DNA of 63,441 bases, filler included, from Conidiobolus incongruus B7586 (taxonomy: Eukaryota): NCBI GenBank assembly GCA_000697335.1. It is 9 parts of 9 records of this genome, joined end to end, with 100 filler letters (N's around TTAATTAATTAA, not from the genome) between each part and the next. Parts side by side here need not be neighbours in the genome. Positions count along the whole stretch, not along the records: positions 54,652 to 63,441 come from JNEM01004167.1; 8 more parts are not named here. One strand, written 5' to 3'. This document shows, in pieces, positions 54,552 to 63,441 of this stretch. The notes below the pieces were generated by a model. That model did no database searches. It saw nothing but the letters and a program-made list of their open reading frames with translations, and was not told the origin of the DNA. A program made the position numbers and the translations under genes. Numbering within the stretch: position 1 is the first letter of the stretch; every line of letters starts with the position of its first letter.

Positions 54552-54651
54552 NNNNNNNNNNNNNNNNNNNNNNNNNNNNNNNNNNNNNNNNNNNNTTAAT
54601 TAATTAANNNNNNNNNNNNNNNNNNNNNNNNNNNNNNNNNNNNNNNNNNNN
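54552..54651. other. Artificial contig linker
   Basis: 44 N + TTAATTAATTAA + 44 N. Confidence 0.98.
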
Positions 54652-57600
54652 TTTTTTAAAATTAAATTAATTAATAATAGGATATAAAATACTTTTTTAA
54701 ATAAAATAATCTTTAATTGGTTTTTATTATAATACAAAAATATTTATTATTTTATATAATAATTTTGAAATATAAAAAATTAAACTTTGAAAAAATTTTT
54801 TATATAAAAAAATCAAAAAAAGTTATTATATCTAATATATTTATTAAATTACAACCCATATGATTAAAATAGATTTAAATAATTAAAAAATATATTTTAA
54901 AGAATAAAATTCCTATAAACAAAGTAAAGTTGTTTATAAAATATCAAATTTCAATGTTTAATAGAAAATATTATTTTTAGGTGATAGCAGCTTGCCAAGA
55001 GTATAATAAAAAGATATTAGTAATATAAGAGAGGATTAATTTTATAATATATAATAGATTTTATTGATGATATAGTTATATTTTTATATAATTTTAATTT
55101 TAAAATTATCTCATTATTTAATTTCTCTATTAGTAATTTAATAAAGAACTTTGATAAATTCATAATATCAACATACCTTTAAAAAAACTATTTTATGAAT
55201 ATAACATATACAAAATTTTGGCATTAAAAGTTATTTGTTGTTATTGATTGAATTTTGACTATTTTCAATATTGATTTTTATTTTATTAATTATTATTTAA
55301 ATAGTTAAAAAATTCATTTCAATTTGAATTTTAAAACCCAATTTTATGTTCAAAAATAAGTTTATAAATATGTCATCTAAATATAATATTAAGAATTTAA
55401 AGAAGACCAATTTTTGTGAAAAGGTAACTTCAGTATATATTTCAATAGTATATTCTATTAATTCTATATATATTTAAATTTATATATTTTAAAATACTGC
55501 ATCACTAACTGTATGCAAATATATATTAATGTATATAGTATATTGATAATTTTTTTATTATTTCAAATGATGAATCTACCAACAATATCATATTCGCTTA
55601 AAAACTCTAAATAATGACATTAAGTCATCAAACCTGATATAATGTGATATATTTGATATTTTAAATTTATTTTTTGGAATAACAAATATTATAAATATAA
55701 AAATGAAGTTAATTATTAAAAATAAGAACTGATCAAAAAATGTAAATAATTAATTAAAATTATTAAATTTTTTAAAATTTTAAATAAAAAAATTTTTTTT
55801 GATTACATAATACTATCCCGAATAAAAAATTGCTCTTTGATATTTTAGTGATAAATTAGGTTAAATTGAGCTATTAAAGATAAGTTTCTCAATTTTGATT
55901 CTTAAATATGTTTCTATCCGCAATCAAACGGATTTAAATATAATTTTGGTACCATAGAGAAAAAATTTAAATCAATTGTGAAATTATACTCAAAATTAAT
56001 TGAGTATAAAAATCCAAAGCAATTATGACGTAGATAATGAATAACAGGAATATATTTTGAATACTATGATTAGTAAATATTTCATTGGTAAATTGGTATT
56101 TGTATTTTTAATATCATCAAATTCAAATATATTAATATTTTTTAATTAAAATTTAGTAAATTAATTTATTCTTTTCATTAATAATGTATATGAAAACTTA
56201 CACTTAATATTCTCAATTACTACTTTTACAATGTGAGACATTAAAATTGTCTGAAATTTAAATCATACATATAGTAGCTAAGAAGTTCAAACAAATCTTT
56301 AGATCAAGATATTTCCTCTTACCCCTCAACATCTTTATTATTATATATAACCTAAAAAAATTATTAAATCAATAAATAAAATACAGAAAATGAAATCATC
56401 GTTTAAATTTATGATTAGATAATCATTATATTACATACCTTAATGGATTGATTTGAAAATAATATTGAAATTATTAACTCGTGAATTATATATTAAAATG
56501 GAAACTTAGTATGGAGAGCATAAATCGAAAATATATCACTTTATTATGTACATATATTACTTTCAGTCCGAAAAAAATCCCAAAGTTTTAACATAATTAA
56601 GTAAATTTAATCAAGAGAGAATAATATATTACGAGATGCGCTTCCAATTTTTTTAACATAATTATCGATTTTATAAAGTATATAACAGTTAAGAAATTTC
56701 AATGTTTTATAAAATTAATGACTCATCAAATAATTACTAATATATTGGAATTTCTTTGGAAATTTAAACAGAATAGAAATGTAACCAATATTGATTATTT
56801 AAGATTAAATTGATAATAGCTATATATTTGTGAGCCAGTTACATGTAAGAATAGTTTATTCCTTTTACTAAGGCACTCTTTATACAAATAATCTAATATC
56901 ATTAGTGAATAGCAATTGGCAGAAGAGTGTGAATCTGAAAATTTTTTTCAGTAATACCTATGCATGCTATTTTTAATTGACATTTCTTAAAATTTAAAAA
57001 TAAACAATGATTTGAGAATTTTCAAAATGACAGATAATGAGCGAATTAGTAAAATATTGAATAATTAAATATCAAAATAGAATATAATCAAGTATAAATT
57101 TTAATATTATAAGTACCTGTTCTTCTCAAAGAAATATTATAGATATATTGGTTATTTACAAATATATATCAATCAATAATACTGCTAAATATACTCTATT
57201 TTGTTAGTAAGATAATTGGTATCGGATTCCTAACAAGATTTTTGTAAATACTATTCAGGCAAACTAAATTGATTAATATGGGATATCCAAGGAAGCCACT
57301 ATTTGAGTTCAGATCATCAAATAGTGTTTATTTAATTATATATCTTTTATTTGTTAAAAATATAATATTCCGCAATTTATTATTATAAATTTTGAAAAGC
57401 ATAATTATGTGCAAAATGTTGAAATTCAGTCAAATACAAGTGGATAGTAAAATAATTTAAAAGTACTTATCATAATCAAAATTATTAAATATTAATTGAT
57501 TAAAAAAATTATGTACAATGATAATAGAAATAGTTGATATTTAATTATTAAATAGTATATAATAATTCAAATTGTCCATTCTCTTACACCCAACTTTTCA

Positions 57601-58188
57601 TTAATTTCTTTTATAATTGAGATATAAAATTATTGTAAACAAAATGTTTTGGTTATAATTATGTTAGAATAATATTTTTAAGCATAAATATGGTTAAATC
57701 AAAAGAATTATTGATTTAAATAAGCCATGATATCATGTTTAATCGAGCACTAAAGCATATTATGTTTTTTATATTACTATTGGATTCAAAATTAACAAAA
57801 TCAATTGATAACTACTATTAATGAATTAGAATAATTTATTAACTTGATTTTTTATTTGGTCATACTAAAGATTTTTTTTAATTTAATAACAATGTTAAAT
57901 TTTAATTAAATATTAAAATTCGTATAAATTTAATATTATTCTTCAATTGCTTGATTTATTCAATAAATTTAAACTATATGGATAGATATTTGATTATTAA
58001 ATTTATCCACTTAAATCCATTCAAATTTATATTCGACTTTTTTTTCTAATTTGTTTTTGAATGATTTGCTAACACTTCAAATTATTTGTTCCAGATCCAG
58101 TGAATAATCATGTAGTACAAAATATTTAGCTGTGCGTGATATAAATACCTCCATTTCCCTATTACTGACTGAGATTTTAATATACCTG

Positions 58189-59892
58189 ATGAATTTATTA
58201 TCGTGTGATGCTTGTAGAAAGAGTAAAGTAAAATGTGATAAACAGCTACCTTATTGTTTTAGATGCTACAGAAGGAGAATTCCTTGTATTTATTCCCAAA
58301 GGAAATGCAAATCATCAACTAAGCCAAAGCATAATCTCACTAACTTTCTCTCTTCTTTTAAACTAAATGATATACCATCTCAAAGGGCGAATAAACTTTA
58401 TACAACTTCCACTGAAGGTAGAACTGTAAATAAGTCGAAAAATGAATCAGATTTGGAGAGGGAAAAGAATAACTGGGTAACTAAATCAACTTTTAAATCT
58501 TTTGATACAAATTCTCAAACTACGCTCCCTATCAACTCGTTACTTGTTGATGATGAAACATTCATAGCTCGATTATGTGATGAACTCTTGGCTTTAGACC
58601 CCATACCAAATGTAGACCCAAAGTACCATCTCAACTCAGTTGTCAAAGCACCAACTTTCCAACAAGACCAGAATAATAAATATTCAGATATGTTTGCCGA
58701 TATCGACTGTTTATTCAATCCTCAATTCTGGGAACATCTACTATTCTTGTTTTTTACAAGATACAATGTCCACTTTCCCTTTATTGATCCCAAACAATTT
58801 TTTATGCACAGATCGATTGTTGATGCTTCGTTACTCTCTGCAATGTATTATATTGGATATTTTTATCTCCCTCAGCAAAATAAGGTAATTATTGACTATC
58901 TTTGGAAATATACTCAAGTTCAGATTGGAAGAGTTTTCAATACTCCCAACCTTTCAACTATTACTACCCTTTCGATTTTGGGGCTAATAGATTTCCAAGA
59001 GAAGTCTGTTTCTAAAAAATACTTAGACCAAGCGATCCGTCTCAGTTATATCTTAGGATTACATCAGCAATTGAAATCGAAGATATGGTGGTGCCAGAAA
59101 GCAAGGATGCGCACTTGGAATCGCTTAATGTATCTACACTACATCAATGCTGTGGCTAAGGATGAAGTTTCGCAAGTAATAGAGCCTCAGCTCTATTATA
59201 TTCACACAGATTACATGTCACTTTACAAAACGTTTAACTATTTTGGAGTTCCTTTAAACTTAGAGGAACATGAAAAGAACAGTTTAGAGATATATTCTAT
59301 GCTTCATTTTAACCAAAATGTCGAGTTTACAACAGCTGTGTTGATTCGGATTTATGAAATACGAAGTAAAATTAAATCATGTGAGTATAGCCAAATAGAG
59401 TTAGAGGATATGATCTTCGAAGTACAAAAATTAGTTGAGGATAAATTAGCTAATATTTTGAAATATCTTGATGAAAATACAAGCGCTATTGATAACACCA
59501 AGTTATATAAAATAACTCAAGATCTTAAAATGTCAATATTAGGATGTAGTCACTGTCTTCGGATTTATACAATATATTTACAAACCTTTTTCGAGACGGA
59601 ATATATCAACCGAGGACAATTTAGCCGATTACACCAAAGCATGACACAGTATGTGAAATATATGACAGAAGATCATAGTTTAACGATATCTAAATTATAT
59701 TTCAACTATATCAATTTATCCATCCTATTAAAATTGTACCAATATTTAAAGAATGAAGATAAAGAAGCTTTTGAATATTTAATGAAAAATTTATTTATTA
59801 AATTTCAATCCGATATAAAAAAATATTTAAATATTAATTCTGTTAAAATATTAATTAACAGAATTCTGAGTCAGATTAATAATATTCAATAA
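58189..59892 (+). CDS. Zn(II)2Cys6 fungal transcription factor with middle homology region, 567 aa
   Basis: CDACRKSKVKCDKQLPYCFRCYRRRIPCIY; middle region LLFLFFTRYNVHFPFIDP..YLDQAIRLSYILGLH..RMRTWNRL. The track start is GTG 58132; the first ATG is 58189. Confidence 0.93.
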   Translation: MNLLSCDACRKSKVKCDKQLPYCFRCYRRRIPCIYSQRKCKSSTKPKHNLTNFLSSFKLNDIPSQRANKLYTTSTEGRTVNKSKNESDLEREKNNWVTKSTFKSFDTNSQTTLPINSLLVDDETFIARLCDELLALDPIPNVDPKYHLNSVVKAPTFQQDQNNKYSDMFADIDCLFNPQFWEHLLFLFFTRYNVHFPFIDPKQFFMHRSIVDASLLSAMYYIGYFYLPQQNKVIIDYLWKYTQVQIGRVFNTPNLSTITTLSILGLIDFQEKSVSKKYLDQAIRLSYILGLHQQLKSKIWWCQKARMRTWNRLMYLHYINAVAKDEVSQVIEPQLYYIHTDYMSLYKTFNYFGVPLNLEEHEKNSLEIYSMLHFNQNVEFTTAVLIRIYEIRSKIKSCEYSQIELEDMIFEVQKLVEDKLANILKYLDENTSAIDNTKLYKITQDLKMSILGCSHCLRIYTIYLQTFFETEYINRGQFSRLHQSMTQYVKYMTEDHSLTISKLYFNYINLSILLKLYQYLKNEDKEAFEYLMKNLFIKFQSDIKKYLNINSVKILINRILSQINNIQ

Positions 59893-60659
59893 AATTTAAA
59901 TATTGATGAGTAAAAATTCATTTATAATTTTTATTCTTTATTTTATTTTAATTTAAAAATTAAAAAAAATTACTTTATATTCTAAGTTTTATAGTACTTT
60001 TTGTTCTTTATCTAAATTAGGCAATTACCGACTTTCAAATTTTTTTATTAACCATTTTTAATCAAATTCCCAATTAATTTCATTTATAAAAAATATTAAA
60101 TTAGAAACTGAATACAATTGTAGTAGACTTGTCATTCATAGAGCCTTTTGAATAAATATGACTATATGATAATATCTAATACAGATGGTTAAGATCAATT
60201 TTGGCTATTATTAGTCGTGCATTTATTGATTAAAATATCTACTATGTTTCTTATTATCATTTATCGCATATTCAAACTTGTATTATTCCTTTTGATAATA
60301 ATATTTAAATTGTTAAATACAATATTACTAAATATGAATATTTAGCGAACTTTGAATCTAGTATTATTTTTTTCCTTATAAATATTTCTTTATACAGGAA
60401 TTATTAGGCACTTGTAAATTTATAAAACTTAATGTGAGATTTATAGTATATTAGATTTTTCAATATATTCTGCTAACTCTATCATCTTCCATTTTCACTT
60501 TCAACCTCTCAAATATCCGCATAATCTATTTTATATATTTAATTATTGACAAAAATGGATTAATTAAGAAATTATAGCAAAATATATTGGAACATCTGAT
60601 ACAATTCATATGGTAAATGGTTAATTTATATTTTCCTTGTAAGAATATAAATTATATAA

Positions 60660-61030
60660 ATTTTATTTGTGATAAAATGGAATAATATAGCATTTCAATT
60701 CCTTCAACAATATGCTCTAGCCTAGAAAGCATAACTGGAATAATATTTTAATGGTCATCCTAATAATAATTCTCCCTTGTCCCTATTGCATTTTCTGCTT
60801 CATATTCCTATAATAGGCCTTGTACTATTTGAGATTAATAAATAGATCTCTTTACTTGACATAGAACTTCTTGTTTCATATCCTACTCAGCTTTATGATC
60901 GCACAGTAGCTACTGCTATTCTTTCAAGACTTGCTGAGTATGCTCTCATCTTCATTAGCTTGTTTTTCAAGCCATCACTGCTCACATTGCTAGAAGAATG
61001 ACTGCCATAACTCTTCTAGAGCTCATTCCG
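60660..61030 (-). pseudogene. Decayed coding-like fragment of unknown origin
   Basis: GC-enriched island. Minus frames read LEELWQSFF*QCEQ*WLEKQANEDE and DHKAE*DMKQEVLCQVKRSIY*SQIVQGLL*EYEAENAIGTRENYY*DDH*NIIPVMLSRLEHIVEGIEML, with scattered TAG/TAA stops. Confidence 0.35.
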
Positions 61031-61474
61031 ACCAAAATATTAAAATTTAAGGCATCAATTATCAACTTGATGGATAAAAATGTATATCAAAATAAATAGG
61101 TTGATATAAGTTAGTAATATACTCGATTTTGAAAATATTTTAAAGCTACCAGTATAAAACAACATTCAATAAATTGAGTGACAAAGCTAAATGTGCAATA
61201 CTTAATACAAGGTGAAAATAAAAATAATAAAATTTTTACCTTATTAAAATAATTTAAAACTATTAAATAAAATACAATATTAAATAATTATTGAATAATA
61301 TTTCTTGTATGAGTGATAAATTTTATAATCTCAATTTTTTTTTAAAAATATATTTTATTAAATTTATTTAGGTTTAAAATTTGAGTAATATAACAATTTA
61401 ATTTATTATTATTGAGCATTAGTTAATAAACAAAATAAAAAACATCAAAGTTATTTATCAAACTACAATATAAA

Positions 61475-62666
61475 TGATGAAGGAGTTGAAGTGAGTATAT
61501 GTGACAATATAAAGTATAAAAATGATGTTAATTCAAATGTTAATGTCACGAATCAGGATACTGGACATCATTGGATGATAAGATATGCCTATCTGGAGAT
61601 GGCTTAGAATAGAATTTACAGAATATGATTGAAGATGAAAATCAAGAGAATTAAGAAGTAGACTTATTAAATAATGAAAATTTGGATAAACCGATGCAAG
61701 TTAATTCCAATTAATTAATCTATTGACAAATAAAATAACTTTAAATTTCAATATACCATCAGTTTAGAGAATCCTATTATACGGAATTCCATACCTCTAG
61801 GAATATTCAAATCATTAATAACTGAAGGTATGTTAGCTTATATTATCCAAGAAACAAGTTTTTATGCTGAACAGTATATATTATTTATAGACTTAAGGGG
61901 GAAAATGTGCAAGAATAGATGATTGAAACCTATCTTTGAGATTGAAGAAAAGAAAATCCTCTGATCAATATTTCGGATGGAAATAGTTAGACTTATAAAC
62001 CTAGCATTTTGCCAATATAAGTAGTATATATAAATTAGAAATCCCTAAGTTAGTAATATCTAGATTTAGGTCACAACTTTTATTAAAAATATTTGATTTT
62101 AGCAACAATATTATAATTTACTTTTGTAATTATTTGGCTATGATTCAATTATAAGATAACCTGAAGTTAAAATTGGAATACATCGCCGAATACAGGATAT
62201 AATAATAGATGAAACACTCGTTCAGTGGAAAGATATATTAATATTTTCATAATATATACCAAAAATGAGTTCTTTGAATAAATGTTAAACTTTTCAAGCT
62301 ATATTATAAAAATGGTTTTATATGGTCATTACATTTATAATCTGGAAAAGCTCCACCAAAAACATTTGAATTAATTTTAGTCAAGAATATATATATTTAA
62401 TTACGTCAAAATTTATTATATCAGAGCAAAATATTATCATTAAATAGCTTCTATATTTTATATTAGATGTCTAATGCTTCTTTAAAAATGAACGCGAATT
62501 TAATTGATATATTTAAATCGAGATCTAAATGCTTAAAAGTGTTTTAATTTATTTTTTAAGAAAACTGAATAGAGGTAATAGTATCAATAGAGAAGTTCAT
62601 AATGGAATAATATTATTCAAATAAGAGGATATTAGAGATATCTATTTTCTATGTACCAAGCATGGG
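61475..62666 (+). mobile_element. Decayed piggyBac transposase remnant
   Basis: Colinear piggyBac motifs: acidic N-terminal stretch, PLGIFKSLITEGMLAYIIQETSFYAEQY (61794), ISRFRSQLLLKIFDFSNN (~62056), IDETLVQWKDILIFS*YIPK (first catalytic Asp at 62208), GHYIYNLE (~62323) and GIILFK*EDIRDIYFLCTKHG (~62604). Many stops and frameshifts. Confidence 0.85.
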
Positions 62667-63441
62667 GTCAAATTAATTAAATATATTAAGTCTAAGGATA
62701 CGCGCATAACAAATAATCATATTCTAGTTTAATTATATTGCCTTTTATTTTGTATAAATTATAAATGTCTATAAATTAATCTGTTTTGGTGTCTAATCTT
62801 ATAAATATAACTAGTGCTTGCTTCATTTCAAACTATTAATATATTATTAATTTATTAATATACACATTTATATTTCCAAATTAATGTTTAAAATACACCA
62901 AAAAATTGATGAAAATATTACTCAGGAAAAAATTAAATTTTTAATATTTAGATATATTATTATAAGGAAATAGTCTAAATACAGAATAAATAGAAGAATT
63001 TTTAATTCTAATCAATGTTTATTTACTATTAATGATTTTTTTACTAAATAATTTTTTTAGATTTTATCATTAAAATTTAACATATTTTAATTAAATAATC
63101 ATAATAAAAATTCTGAAATTGAAAAATATTTAAAGTGCATCGATAATTATAAATATAACTTTATTTAAAACTACTATTTATCTCTAAATTTGTAATTTAA
63201 TTACTTTAAAAAAATTTTGGATAATTTTTTTAAATTTAAAATTTTTTTATTTGTATATTTCAGAATATTGATATATATAATAGTATATTAAGAAAATAAA
63301 CCTGTTTTATTAAAAATATTATTATAATCTGATCTTAGTATTATTAATATATTTAAGATAAAATGTCTATTTAATCAAAAAATATTAAATATTTTATAAT
63401 CCAGTTAATATTTAAAAAATTAACAAAATATAATTATTTAT

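Overview
Extremely AT-rich, gene-sparse eukaryotic DNA, almost certainly fungal: it has a Zn2Cys6 factor, a VMA3-type proteolipid and short ~55-65 nt GT-AG introns. The composition suggests an early-diverging lineage such as the Entomophthoromycota, which is an inference only. The window is nine contigs joined by eight artificial 100-nt linkers (44 N + TTAATTAATTAA + 44 N), so adjacency across linkers is unproven. Intact genes are an MFS transporter, two paralogous secreted helical-repeat proteins, a C2H2 zinc-finger TF, a small stand-alone mariner-type HTH protein, a 4-exon eIF4E, a disordered protein with a possible SPIDR-like C-terminal domain, V-ATPase subunit c, a 2-exon complex I NDUFB2/AGGG subunit (missed by the ORF track) and a Zn2Cys6 TF. 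Relics are a third, pseudogenised copy of the secreted family, a tandem pair of frameshifted pseudogenes of an unknown family, two well-defined solo LTRs with target-site duplications plus weaker candidates, and a decayed piggyBac transposase. The best novelty candidates are the possibly domesticated transposase HTH gene, the modular secreted-protein cluster with repeat gain and birth-and-death evolution, and the SPIDR-like gene. No tRNA, rRNA or CRISPR array was seen. All family assignments are from visual motif recognition, not database searches.
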